Positions 1-13,880 of a stretch of DNA of 64,000 nt are shown in pieces. The stretch's first letter is position 1. Each line of letters opens with the position of its first letter. The notes beneath the pieces were generated by a model, which worked only from the letters and a program-made list of their open reading frames with translations, was not told the DNA's origin and made no database searches. The DNA is from Octopus sinensis (lineage: Eukaryota): NCBI RefSeq assembly GCF_006345805.1, contig NC_042998.1, forward strand, positions 118,730,001 to 118,794,000. Direction: 5' to 3'. A program made the translations under genes and the position numbers.

Positions 1-1256
1 ATGTGTATGTATGTATGTATTTTTCCCATAGTAAGTCATAAAGCTCCAACACTGCAATTTAGATAACATTGTTAGAGATTCTCACGTGGCATTTTCTGAC
101 AGTCTGATACAAATGTCATAAAAAATACACGTTAGAATTCATTATTCTTTACCCAACCCTGTACATCTTTGATCTTGGTGGAAAATGTAAATTACTAGTT
201 AAGATCAAGTTTTCAAATTAATTGTGTGCACTTATGCATGTTATGTATTATTGGTGAATACATGACCATGTTTGCTTATCTCGAGCGTTGTATTTTAGGT
301 CTTCAAGTATGTTGCATGCCCAATCTGCAAATCAATGCTACTTGCAGATTATAGATACTTTGCTTACGTTTCAAAAACATACACATTAATACATGTGATC
401 GCTTAATATTGATGAATTTAATAAAATAACTTAAGTTATTGATTAGTTACCTCCCTTTGGTGATAGACTTAAGCTCTCGTTTTGTTTAACATTACCACCT
501 GGCGGTTAGTTACATTTGATGGACTCCACTCTGCTGTAAGCATTCGAACAAAGTCCCCAGTTTGGATATATATTCTAACCTACATAACACCGGACTCTAA
601 GGTTCTGCCGTGAGTAATGGGTACTTCTCTCTTTACTCACTGAGCGACAAACAATTTAGCTATGTAAATATTATTTTCTGTCTGATATTTCCAGTGATAA
701 TTTCCAAAATGTTTTAATTGAATTTATTTGCTCTGCATTTATGCTTGTTTTCATTTAAGGAACTAGATTAGAATTAACTTTTACAAAGTTAGAGTTGTGA
801 TAGTTGCAGAGATAGTGATATATCAATCATTACTAAGTGAAATATAAACACTGTATTTAACTAATTCAGACAAATAGAATCTCTTCAAAAGCATGTCTCT
901 TAGGCGCCACTGCACGAAAACCAATTTTTGCGGCAATGTTAACATGTTGAATATGCATAATATAAATAAGAAAATAAACTCGAAGTATATTAAACAGAGA
1001 TGAAAAGAAGCAATACTTTTCAATGACTTATAGTATTTTAATTTTTTTGTCTTAGACAATTACAAGAAGCAACATAGGATATACTTGGATTTCTTTCTTT
1101 CCCAATGAAACAACTTTCTGTCTTAGCAATAAAATGAACTTTGAGTGAACCTACAAGAATATACACTGGTTGTATATAGAAATGTTTATAAAAGAAATAA
1201 AGTAGTTATGTCATCCATATTGAAGTCTTTTTTAACGCTAGATTTCAATTTATGTA

Positions 1257-2529
1257 TCAGGTTGATTAAAACGTAAGCAATATTTTGAACCATGAAGAAT
1301 TTGTAACGGATGTTTACAGAGTTTTTGATTTTTTAAAAACTTTTTTGGCAATTGTCTGATAATACAGACATAGACTTGCCCAAATGCATCAATAAATTAA
1401 CATTGATATTTTTCTTACTGTTGTTACAATCATCTCAAATGGAACTGTGAATGCGCGATATTAGAATAATTTTGCTATTCAACTTCAAAAAAGGGCGTAA
1501 AGCAGCTGAAACTGCTCGCAATATCAACGAAAAATTTGGTGAGGAAATGACCAGTAAGTGGTCAGCTCGAAAATGGTTTAAACGATTTCGTAATGGAAAG
1601 CTGAGCCTTGAAGATCGTGAGCGTAGTGGAAACCCATCTGTCATTGATGAAGGCTATTTAAAGACCGTCATTGAGAAAGATCCACGTAAAACCATCCGAG
1701 AAATGGCAAAAGAGCTTAGCCAGAAAACTGCCTGCAACCATTTGCATGCGATCGGAAAAATCCAAAAAGCTTGATAAATGGGTACCACACGATTTGAATG
1801 AAATTTAGAGAATGCGCAGGTATGGACTTTGTTCGTAGCTTCTTCTCCGTAACCAGACCGATCAATTTCTCGACCGTATTGTAACTTGCGATAAAAGCGA
1901 ATTCTGTACAATAGTAAAAACGTTCCTCGCAGTGGTTGGACAAAAATGAAGCGCAGAAAACTTTCCCTAAATCATAGGTCTTCAAAAAGAAGGTTATGGT
2001 AACTGTATGGTGGTGTACTGCTGGACCCATCCACTATAGCTTCTTAAAACGAGGAAAAACCATTTTGCTTCTTAAAACCAGGAAAAAACATATTGCTATG
2101 AAATTGCCAAAATGAACGAAAAACTACTACTCCTCCCTCCCAGACTGGTCAACAGAAGAGTGTCAATCATTTTTCGTGACAATGCTAGATCATATGTTTC
2201 ACTAATGACGCTCCAGAAGTTGAGGGAACTTGGCTACGAAGTTCATTCCCACCCAGCTTATTCCCCAGACCTTTCTCCTACTGACTACAACGTTTTCAAA
2301 CACCTTGATGGTTTTCTGCGAGAGTAGGAGTTCAAAAATCAAAAGTGCATTCAAAGAGTTCATCTGTTCTAGAACACCAGACATTTATGTTACAATAACT
2401 TGTAACTCGTTGGCAAAAGTGTGTTGATTGTAATGGTACGTACTTTGCTGAATAAAATTTCCGCATTGTTGAAATATATTGTGGTGAAGTTCATGTTTCA
2501 AATCGTTGCTTACGTTTTACTCAACCTGA
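1257..2529 (+). mobile_element. Full-length decayed mariner (Tc1/mariner DD34D) transposon, 1273 bp, with TIRs and TA target-site duplication
   Basis: 5' TIR tcaggttgattaaaacgtaagcaa (from 1257) matches the reverse complement of the 3' end ttgcttacgttttactcaacctga (to 2529). TA lies at 1255-56 and 2530-31. ORF pieces 1451-1774 (HTH region KWFKRFRNG..LEDRERSG) and 2112-2327 (RDNAR, YSPDLSPTDY) are interrupted by stops and frameshifts. Confidence 0.95.
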
Positions 2530-2724
2530 TACATACTAAGCCACCACCATGCACAATTGTCAAGACTCTCTCACGAAACAACTCGCGTATATCTACTCAA
2601 CATCCCATATGTAAGCAAGAAATATTCAGCGAAAATTCAAATATTTGTGGCAAGTTAAAAATGGTCATTCTCATTCACATAAATGTGGTTATGATCTCAA
2701 GCTTTTTATCGATTCACTTCGTAC

Positions 2725-2768
<44 letters not shown>

Positions 2769-3239
2769 CTCTCTCTCTCTCTGTGTCTCTCTCTCTCTCT
2801 TTCTTTCTTTCTATATATATATAACAGTTTCATGTGATGGAAACGACTTAGCATTTTATAACACATCTGGTGCTTTCACGCAATTTTCGTGCACACACAT
2901 ACATATATGTGTGTGTGTGTGTGTGTGTGTATGTGTGCACATATGCATACACACGCACAGACAGACTAAAATATATCTTTTACCTCTTACCTGTTTCAGC
3001 TATTAGACTGCGGTCATGCTGGTGCACTGTTTTGAAGAATTTTAGCTGAAAGAATGTGGTAGTGATGGGAAGACAGAACCACATACACACACACACACAC
3101 AAATATAAGCGCGCACACACACACACTCACAGGTATATATATTCTTTTATTCTTTTACTTGCTTCAGTTATTTGACTGTGACCATGCTGTAGCACCACCT
3201 TAAATGTTTTCAGTCGAAGAAATCAACTCTAGGCCACAT

Positions 3240-3403
3240 ATATATGACGGGCTTCTTTCGGTCCGTCTATCAAATTCGCTCACAAGGCTTGGTCGGCTCG
3301 ATGCTATAGTAGAAGAGACTTGCTCAAGGTACCGCACAGAGGGACAGAACCTGAGACCATATGGTGGGGAAGCAAGCTTCTTACCTCACAGTTACGCCTG
3401 TGC
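3240..3403 (-). mobile_element. tRNA-derived SINE, family 1
   Basis: Similar to copies at 36160-36270 (-), 50968-51105 (-), 57444-57530 (+) and 20805-20875 (+, 3' part). The minus strand reads head gcacaggcgtaactgtgaggtaag, body ..gtagacgga..gaaagaagcccgtc, ending in TA/TG repeats. Confidence 0.75.
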
Positions 3404-3412
3404 TATATATAT

Positions 3413-3450
<38 letters not shown>

Positions 3451-3452
<2 letters not shown>

Positions 3453-3960
3453 CTAGCAGTATCGCCCGGCGTTGCTCGGGTTTGTAAGGGAAATAACTAT
3501 ATAAGCATTTTTAGAGAGTTACTTCCCTTATAGATGCCAATTCGGGCTTTCTTAGCCATTTCTGTTTTGGTGTCTTCAAGCCATGAAGTCGTTGTCTCCT
3601 TGACAACGCTGGTCTCCTTGACAACGCTTTACGACGTTGATTTCCTTACACTCCCTTCCCCACAGCTTCACGAGGGAGGGAAGAAGAGGGAGAAGCAAAC
3701 AGGTGCAGATGTGAGCGTGGACGATAACTCCGCCGCCATCGACACACTATGCATTAAAATGGAATAAAAAATGATGTTAAATTATTTTTAAAATCGTAGA
3801 CTCATCGTAGATGCGCGCTAATACCCAGACGGGCTCGATATGAATCACGACTATAAGATACCCGAATTTGGTTAAACTGCACCGCAAAATGTGGGAGTAG
3901 TTAGGAATCTAAATCGAAGGGGACAGACACTCACACAACTACAGTTTTATATATATAGAT
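3451..3960 (+). mobile_element. Non-autonomous Helitron-like (Lep1/HINE-type) element
   Basis: Begins ACTAG followed by the hairpin cccggcgttgctcggg and ends ...cacaactacagttttatatatatagat. This end architecture is typical of Lep1-like non-autonomous Helitrons. No coding capacity. Confidence 0.55.
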
Positions 3961-4067
3961 ATAGGTATCTAGAAGACCCAAAGAGTGGCGGGTAACGCTT
4001 ACTAAGTGCTATAGATGGTTAAATTCTTGGTTCGATAGTGATACGAGTGAGGAGTCTAATGTGTGTT

Positions 4068-4098
<31 letters not shown>

Positions 4099-4997
4099 GT
4101 GTGTGTTTGTGTGTGTGTTGTGTGTGTGTGTGTGTGTGTATGTGTGTGTGTGTGTGTATACAGAAATACATATTTTACGCTGTCTCTATATTCTGCGGAA
4201 ATAGTAAACATTACTGCTCTTCTCAACATTTTACAAGTTTACTTCTTCCTTCTCACGATCCTTACCCACTCCGTTGGTCTCTGAAACACATTTCTGTCTT
4301 ATGTTATCTCTCTGAAGGCCATGGCGTTTAATCCTATGTCGCTCCAAATTAAAAAGACTGACTGAAGAGATCATCTCTTGAAAATTCCATCTTTAATTTA
4401 GATATTGTGTATCAAGGACCACATTGTTTAATACGTTTGTTTCTTCTTTCAGCATTGTAGATTCCAATTTAAGAGCGTCTGGGTCGCTATTTCTACCAGG
4501 TCGAGTCACCAAATGGAATATCTTTTAATTTGCTCCTCAACCGTACCAACTTCATTAATCAGGAACAGCTGAAAATTTCGAAGGGATTGTCATTCCTACT
4601 CCAAATAAATAACATTATTTTAAGAAAATTATTTCCCCATCCAATCGATACGGAACAAACATTATTTTGCAGAAAAATAGCACTTCCACACCTCTCTATA
4701 TATAACAGTCAACGGGTTTATTGTGCTTTGTTACAATCAACAAATGTTATTCTCGTGACGATCTGACTCCACACATTATATATCAAACAAATTTGAGAAT
4801 AATAAACGCAAAATTTTGATTTGTTTTACTCTTGTGGCAAAAATCGATAAATTTATATATATCAAAATATAGTTTGGTCGCGTAATACATTTATTTGTTC
4901 CATGTAGTAATATAAGATTTTTATTTATTCTAGGAATTTTTTAAAGTAAGGCGTTTCATATGCATGTATAAATAGAAAGAAAGAAAGATAGATAGAT

Positions 4998-5072
<75 letters not shown>

Positions 5073-6714
5073 GGCACACACAGACGCACACACGCATACA
5101 TACACATACACACGCATACACACCACAACAAACTATGACTTTGAACACTATAATGTTACGTTCTGGTATTATCATTTTATAAACAGCTCGCTTTGTGGTG
5201 TAGTCTTAACGCCATGTGTTGTTAAATCGTTAAAGAAAACCATCATTTGCCATTATTTCATATTCAAAATAAAGGGAAATAAATAGCCGAGACAATAGAT
5301 CAATTAATTTATGTTCTATACCGGAAATTATGTGTCTGTCTTGCTAATGTAGCCTTTTGACCGGTGAAAATTGTCTGAATGATAACGAATTTCTCTATGA
5401 ACTGCAACAGTTTCTTAGAAACGGTATTTTAGTTCATAATGTTTAATGTTGATCTGATGAGAGGTGATGGACTGATGAGATAAGACAAATATGTACGCGA
5501 ATATCAGTCACAGAATATGTGGTAATTATTATTGAACTAAGTGTATAATAAGCTTTAAATAAAATTAAAACACTCTTCCTAGGTATACAGCAGAATGAAT
5601 TTAAGCCAGAGATCATAGTCTGAAATCATACAATAGAGTAGCTCTTGCTTCCGCAGGCTCTACCTATTACTAAGGCAACTTTTTTCTTTGTTATACTTGC
5701 TCGGGTACATTTTACACATAACTCCTTCCTAGTGACATTCACTGCAATTTTTTTCTCTGAGGAACGTTCCATATTTCGAATTTTTTTCTGATATCATAAC
5801 ACTGCCCACGGTCATTTTGAAAACTGTAAGATGCATGAAAGTTTATAAAGAACAATAAAATATATAATGTATTTGAAAATTCATCTTATTTTTACTTTAG
5901 ATAGTATAAAACTTTACATAAGTAGTAGTATTGGATGGACAGCCTGAAGAAACCGCTTTTCTGAAAGTTGTACTCATGCCTCTTCTACCTTTAAAATTGT
6001 TATATTCTGTATTTTATTTACATCAACAACTAAACAATGCAACGAAACCTAACACATAATCTGTCTATAGTATTATCCTGTTACTGTGCAACTCCGTCGG
6101 TAAATCTTTAACAAAACTTGATATATACTTGATGTGTGTATGTATGAATGTGTTATGTATGTATGTATGTATGTATGTATGTATGTATGTATGTATGTAT
6201 GGCATGTGGCATCTCTACAAGTTTGTGCCTTTCAATTCTTTCAATAGTTTTTACTCGACTGCCTTGCGAATAATCTAACTTTTACATCATCCATTTCGTT
6301 CCAAAGTTAGAGCAGTATATACCTAGACAAAAGCTGGATATATTTTCGACATAATCAAATGTGAAATAATCGAATAAAGCAGGCAACAATTAATTGTATT
6401 AAAGCGCATGCTTTCAGTGATTGACTATTTGAAAAATTTGTCAATAAAATATACTCTTTGTGTGTCCTCACTTCCATTAACCAATATCCCGACCGATGTA
6501 ACTATCACAACTATAAAATCTACTACAGTTCTCAGTATTATAGCAATGTATGTTAGAGCGTGTGCGTGTGTGTGTGTCATATATCTGTACCTTCTCCTAC
6601 TCTCACCCCAAAATGTTCTTCTCTAACTCTCCTGACTGTCTCTCACTTTATCTCTCTCTCTCTCTTTATCTATCTATCAATTTATCTGTCTATCCGTCTA
6701 TCTATCTATATATA

Positions 6715-6774
<60 letters not shown>

Positions 6775-9700
6775 ATACATATATATATATATTGTTTCTC
6801 TCTCACACTTTCTGTCACTATTCTTATGAGTAACAAACCTCAATCTAAGTTATTTGCCAATCAAGATTATTTTCACTTTTCATTTGATTTTTATATGTAT
6901 ATATATTGATATATCTATCTCTCTGCATATCTGCTGCTATATTTGTACACCTGTCGACCTGCCTATCTATCTATCATGTCTAAATAAATAACCATTGAAA
7001 CCTACAAAAAAAACCAGCTGAATAATGGTAGAGCCCCAGCATGACCACAGACTTTGAACTGGAACATGCAAAAGAGTTAAAAAGAGGAACATCCAGAGCT
7101 ATTTCATATCTAAGATTATTTCACATTGCTTTAACTATCTAGCGATATAATAATCCATCCATCTTTCTATATTCTATCTGCAGATGCAGCTATCTATGTG
7201 AACAGACAGATATATCTACAACGCGTCCCTGCTATAAACAGGCATTCACTACTAACTCTTTCACACACACACACTTTCCCTTTTTAACTATACCACAAAT
7301 TCATATGCTAAATTAGTTCTACTTCTCTCCCTAACTCGTCTTTCGTCTAAATATTTCCTCACATAATATATACCAATTCTTATTGGTAGCTCATAGCACT
7401 AATGATATTCTCTTACCCTCTCTATCTTCCTTCACCTATCTATACAACATTGTCATACATTTGGCCTGGAGGTATTAATATATAGATATTTATACTAGAA
7501 ATAAACTAAAGGTGGGCGTTCGGAGATCTAATCGGTTAAAAATAATGTAATGGTAATAAAAATATCGTAAACAGGATATATATTCTCGTTAACAACCGCA
7601 AGAACAATGAACTCGCACTATCATTATTTACTAATGGTCCTTTATGTTCTATCATCAAATCCCAACAATGTTCACTTTATCTTCATCGTACGGAGTCGAT
7701 AAACATCTTTCAGCGTAATAAATACCATTTAAATAAATGTAAATAACAAATCATTACAATAGGAAAAGCTATTGAAGATAGGAATTTTATCTGAAATTAA
7801 CTGACACTGACAAAACGACATTGCTGAGCTATAATAGGATGTCCGTCTAACACCAACAAAAATTTGATCATGTGTATGTGGATACCTTAAATTATCGAAA
7901 TATTATTTAGATATTGGCTCTGCTTGTCCGCACTGGTACCTGGTTATGCTATAAAAACAACTCTTCCAAGACATTTGAAGGGAACAAAGAAGAGGAAATA
8001 AACTAGAGATATTTTTCATCCTGATATGAATGATGGCATTATGTCATCTTTCAGTAGAGGTGAATTAATGAAAACACTGTCTGTACTATTTGCTGATAAA
8101 AGAGACTATTATATAAACTAATACTACTCAAAAATAGCAATATATTTATTATACACTGAATTTCACACTAGCAAGAACGGAAGTAATGCAGTATCTCTGG
8201 AAATTTTTATGCTACTTCCAGAGTGTTAAGCAGTGGCATTTCCTTGTACAAATCAATACGCATACATGCAATAAGTAATGGCTCTTAGCCCCGTAATTGC
8301 AGGGAATGGGCATATCTAAGTTTAATATATTTTTTCCCTCGCAGATATATGTTTGCCAACGAGTTATAATTCCTATTGTTCATCTGCATTGTCGGAAAAT
8401 AGTGAGGGGATCTAAGTAGAAAATCTGAGACAATGAGTAACATATTTATATGAAAAGTGAAGTACAAACAATGTAAGTTCAGGAATGTTTTTTATTGCAT
8501 AAGAATTATAGCCTAGCCTCAGGATAATTGACTTTCGAAAGAAAGAATTGATTAACCGTGGTCAAGATATTAACGGATAAAGTAATTTATAATGCCCATA
8601 GAAATTTAGAAGTTTCTTTATTGGCTTTGCATAGGGTCTGTTTTCGTGCATACTAATAGTGATATATTAAGAATAGCCTCTGAGATCATTTATCCGGAAA
8701 TATTAATCAATTAATATTGATGTATTTAATGCAGGGGCATTGAAAGTCAATTTGTGAACATACTAACTATGCGTTAAGAAAAATATATTGCCATAGGCAA
8801 TATATTATCAAATATATTGGCAACAAATGAAGAAACTCGGAACATGTTTCGGTATTTTTATGATATCATCAGCGAATTATAGATTCTCTTCGTGCGGAGC
8901 AACGAAATTTTGAAAGAACCACGGAGTAAATGCATAAGAGTGTACACTGTTTGGAGTAGAATATTAAATTGTATAGAGAATGATTAACTAACTACGCCAC
9001 TTTTGCGAAAACCAGGTAAGTTAGATATAAAATATTTAATAAAAGAAGAATGCAAAATCTAACTAAAAATAATCATATTATTGGTCATTAGATAATATTG
9101 CTTTCACTTTGTTGCTCACAATAAAACATTATTGGTCATTATTACTTTGACCATTATTATTGGTCAATGTTACTTTCACTTTGTTGCTCTCAGGGAAATC
9201 GAGAAAGAACAAAACAAGAGAAAATTATAAAGAATTATAAAGGAGATTAAAATATTCATAAATGTTATTACTTATTACTCTAAAGTAAACGGTCCTTTTA
9301 AGCATTTATGCCGTATATTAGATATGCCAGAAATACTAGCCACACATCTCCCAAAATACACCCTAAAAATCATACAAAAGGAGAGCTGGATAATGAGAAG
9401 CTGGGTTCAAGGTACCTACGGAAAAGCTAAAATGTTTACGGCTTGAATAGCTTACTCATGGACCTGTTCGATGAGATGTGACATACGTGAAGCTGCAATA
9501 ACAGCAAGTATTCAGAAAAAAACGTTCTCATCACTTTAAACATGTTGAACAGCAATGCGTCATTCAGAATTGCCCAAATATAGGGGTAGTGAGTAAAATA
9601 ACCTCAACAGAGAATGGAGCTGGTAACAATAACGTGGTTCAGCAGTTACCATTTATACATGGAAGAAGATACCTTTGAATGTAGAAATATACTATTCAAA

Positions 9701-12700
9701 CGCTTCACAATCAGAAACAGAAATCATACAAAAATATATTATATGGACAAAGGATTTCGTACTGTAGAATCGGATTCAAAGAAAAACGCAGTGATAAATA
9801 ACAAAGAATAATAGTGACGTTAAGAACTATAGAAAATAGGAATGTTGTTCAAAAATAACTGACAAAAAGCCATAGGTGAGAAAGATTATTGATAAGCTTT
9901 ATTATTTTCTTTTTTATTATTCGCTTATTTATTAGCAACGTCAAGAGCCATTGATAAAAGGGGACATGTTCATTGGCTGAGCAAAAACATCAAATTTAAT
10001 AAAACAGTTTTGATACCGAATACGCAATTTGCAGGAATAGTGAATATACCTAAGCTAAAAACTGACCATACATCACGCAATAATCCATAAAAGCAGGTCT
10101 ATTTATGTACACTGTCGTTTATTGTTATGTAAATCATATTCTTCCAGCTATGAAGATATACTTTAAATGAATGTCTCTTCTCTCTTCTTGTATTCCCCTC
10201 TTCCTATATTTCAGTATCTAATATATATACATATCTTTCTCAAATGACATTGAAGGTGACGTGACTTTTGAATATCAGCGAAGAACGTCTATTCTCATTA
10301 CAGATTTGGCCATTGTGTGTGCAATGTCTACAAAAGTAGTTATGAGAATTCCAAACGGAATAATTGCATTACTGTAAAATATTAAAATACAAAGCTTATT
10401 TCATTGATTTATTTAAATTTCATTCGTATATTTGCCAATGCTGTCCAAACTAATTTTTTTCTCTTTTCCTTTATACTACAATTTTTAACTATTCTATTTT
10501 CCATTACATTATACATGGAAAAATACTTCGAAGGATTCAGCTATTAATTCAATTTATTGTATTCAGTCATTTATATGAAGAAACTCAAAAATATTTCATT
10601 TATGGTTTTTAAAATCTTTGCCCTTTTCAAATTATTTATTTTTCGTAATAGTCTTTATATTATTATAAACGGTGGACTGTGAGTTAGAATTTTATAGTCT
10701 TTAGATGTTTAATACTTATGGTCAACTTGACCCATTGAAACAGTATGTGTGTATGAGAATGAGTGTGCGTACACATGAACACACAAATACATACACAGAT
10801 GCGCGCGCTCACATACACTCACACATACACATTGCATACATACATACATACATACATACATACATACATACATACATACATACATACATACATACATACA
10901 TACATACATCAACTCGGAAATTGGAGAGGCAAAGTCATGTGTGGCAGTAATGTGGGCCTCTGCAATGATGGTCCTTGGTTTGAGCCAGACCTCCAGAGTT
11001 AGGAGCTTGGACGAGGTAAATTGATTGGGGAGTTATATTTTAATGCTCGAGATAATTCTACTGAAGATAAAGTAAAAGCTTAAGTCACGTTCATTTGAAC
11101 CTTTTCACACTCACTCAGTGTGTGAGTACGCCGACATATGGAGCTTGCTGAACAGCTGTTGTCGCATGTAGAATGTATCCGAATTTATTGTAAGAACGGT
11201 CTTGCCACATTCATTAGTCTGTGAAAAACATGAAATTTTCTTGTTCTGTTGTTCACAATTTCTAAGGACATACAGCTTGTTCCTCGAGCAAGCCCTTATT
11301 AATTTAATGTGGAAGGTGGCGGTACAGGGAGAGATGGTGCTCTGCAGTAAATTTCCTGACAAGTAAATGGGTTATTTTCACCTGGGATGAATAGACATAT
11401 TTATGCAAGATAGCCTGCATAAAGATGTCTATTCTCAGTATGAGCATTTAGGCCGGAGAACACAACAGTCAGAAGGCACCATTCCATGCTAGTCAGGATA
11501 ACATTAGGTCTCTGAGTCTCTTTTAATTATGGGCTTTGTTTTAATTTCGATAGTCTTAATTAGTACTATATTCTTTCTAATAAAGATGCTTTATGTGAGT
11601 TGTATTATTATGTTATGTGGTGATTGCATTTCGTATGCGTTGCATGTTCTATTGCGTGTGAAGGGTAATGATTATGTAGATAATAGTCTATGTGGATTGT
11701 GGCGGGAGGGATGAGAGTTCTGTAAGCCAGTGTTGTGTAAATTTCTTATAGTTTTGGGTGTCACTTCTTTTTAAGCTTGATGATTTTTTACAGTTTTGTG
11801 GTATGATCTCGAATATTTTTCTTCTCGCACTATTGCTACAGTAAATATTGATTCTATGAGATTTTATTTGATCTTTTGACAGGTGCTTTTGTTGTAGTCA
11901 ATTTCTAGAAACGTTTCACACCAAGGCTGCTTCGTGGTGATACCGGTTGAATTACTTGCAACTCGACTATGTAACAGGTTGTACCGGATTCAAACATACT
12001 AGTACTAAACTAAAGTTTTTTCAACAGTTGAATTTATGAGTGACCTTACTTAAAGGGTAACATAAGGCCGGAATGAACTCACCAGCACAGAACTACTGGT
12101 ATTCCAGTACTATACTCCTTTTGTTTTATATGAGTACCATACTGAGATACCAGTGCTGTCGTAGTGATGCACTCATTCAGGTCCTTATCGCTAACATATA
12201 ACATTATACATACATGCATACATATACATGTATATGTGTGTGTTTGTGTATATATGTGTGCGTGTGTATACACAGGAGAGAGATAAAGAAAGAGAGAGAG
12301 AGGCATTCAGTTCTATTTAAACTTTTAATACGAAGCATCTTTTCGTTTGTTGAGCACGTTCAACAGCTTTGCCTCTCTGAATGTCTCCCTTGTTTGCTGT
12401 TCTCAAACGACTATGCCTTTGTTTTCACAGATGATTTGATGGTGTTCTCAGTCTCTTTGTAATTATTGATTCGCCAGCAATTCTATCGCAATTGCTCTGC
12501 TAATTAACACCGTCTATTATGTAGCTTTTACAATTGGCTTTGTCTTCCTACATTGCTTGCCATCTCCGCAGTAACACATCTCGAGGTTTCTAACTTCTTC
12601 CTTTCCAATTTAATCCCTTTCTTTCGTCGCTCTGTTGGATAGCATTCAATTGCTGTGGTTTACATGGTAACACAAGCCAATTCCTGTTTAAAACCCTTTG

Positions 12701-13240
12701 GAGCTGTGAATGTATAATTGCATTGTTTTACACATTTAATCACGTTGATGTCTTTTGGAATTAAATTTTCTTCCTGCTTATGAAATAAAACGCAAGTGAA
12801 GAATATCCTGTTATGCTAATTCAACTTCATTCCTTATGACACCTGGCAGGTATTCCTCCCATCCTTTTAAAACTGAAAGTGTGTTTTAAAGAATAAATGT
12901 GTTAATTATGGGGTAAAATGGAGACTTATTTTAATAAATAAGCATTTATAAATGTATGCATCGAAAAAATAAGAATATTTTATATAAATGCATTATCTTC
13001 AAACGTCCTGCTTATACACAAATCAATTATGAGCAATGCATGGTTTTAAAAGTTAGGCATTTACAGATAACCAAGACCACGTCCTCCTAGCTTCGGCGTT
13101 TTAACAATGCATCCACGTCAAGTTGAAATATAAAGATTGCCTTTTTGTAATGATACTGCTGCTGTTGCTATTGATTTTTTTTCAGTAACCCTGTTTGATA
13201 TTTGCGATATCAGTGCATAAACGATCACTAAAAATATCCA

Positions 13241-13377
13241 TATATCGCTGGCAGTGAAATTTGATTGCATGCGGCTACCGGACGTCTGTCACTGAAGAGA
13301 CAAGGCACGTCGAAATCCCGTGATCTGGCATCTCCGGCAGCGCCCATAACGGAAGATTTTCGTCTGCCAGTGATATA
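13241..13377 (+). ncRNA. Full type I hammerhead ribozyme inside a 137-nt structured domain
   Basis: Stem I TGTCA(13287-91)/TGGCA(13326-30); core CTGAAGA(13292-98); stem II GAC/GTC with loop AAGGCAC; GAAA(13312-15); stem III ATC/GAT with loop CCGT; cleavage triplet AUC (C17=13325). Stem I continues past an internal loop (CCGGA/TCCGG, GCT/AGC). An outer 14-bp stem pairs 13241-54 with 13364-77. Confidence 0.85.
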
Positions 13378-13805
13378 AATGAATATGCTCTTTGCCCCAC
13401 GAGTTCATATAAAAGGTTCTCTCAAGATAAATGACGCAAAGTTCGGTGCTCTTAGAACACGTCCACGTTAAGTTGGATATAAATATTTTTTGTATTAGTA
13501 GTCCACGGTATACACCTCGCTCGGATATTAACCACTTCCGAGTTTCCGCTCGCTATGAAACATATGTAGTCCGGATCTTATATATTCTTTTCCTTAACTC
13601 TTGTATTCTTATTCGCATACCCGATAGCCCTGGTTGCCTACCGTGAAATATAAATAGAACTCTTTTCAATTTATCGAACTTCGACAAGAAGAAAATCCGC
13701 AACCTTTCGTCTCAATAAACCATTATTGTCCCTGAAAAGCGTTTTTTTTAAATTTACTACGGTTTGCTTGAAGCTAACTGTCTTCCTGCACCTCGATTCT
13801 TGGAT

Positions 13806-13850
<45 letters not shown>

Positions 13851-13880
13851 GCATGTATGTATGTATGTATGTATGTATAT

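Noticed and set aside
5452-5500. Two adjacent CTGATGA strings
   Set aside because: No stem II or GAAA follows either one.
5940-5980. CCTGAAGA..GAAAGTTG hammerhead-like string
   Set aside because: No stem II or stem I pairing.
9075-9190. Three tattggtca repeats with a small hairpin
   Set aside because: Short local duplication; too few and too irregular to be an array. CRISPR is not applicable.
9300-10100. Coding-like stretch with several 50-65 codon open frames
   Set aside because: No recognisable motif in any frame.
11040-11945. Open frames and a GAAACGTT palindrome with GCA/TGT stem on the minus strand
   Set aside because: The core reads CCACGA and stem I is absent; the PLE similarity nearby (HIDYYLHNHYP) is too faint.
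12835-12860. ACCTGGCAGG resembling the U1 snRNA 5' end
   Set aside because: The match ends after about 10 nt.
13340-13560. ETS-like CGGAAG/CTTCCG motifs and CpG richness suggesting a promoter
   Set aside because: Better explained by the structured ribozyme element; short motifs alone are not evidence.
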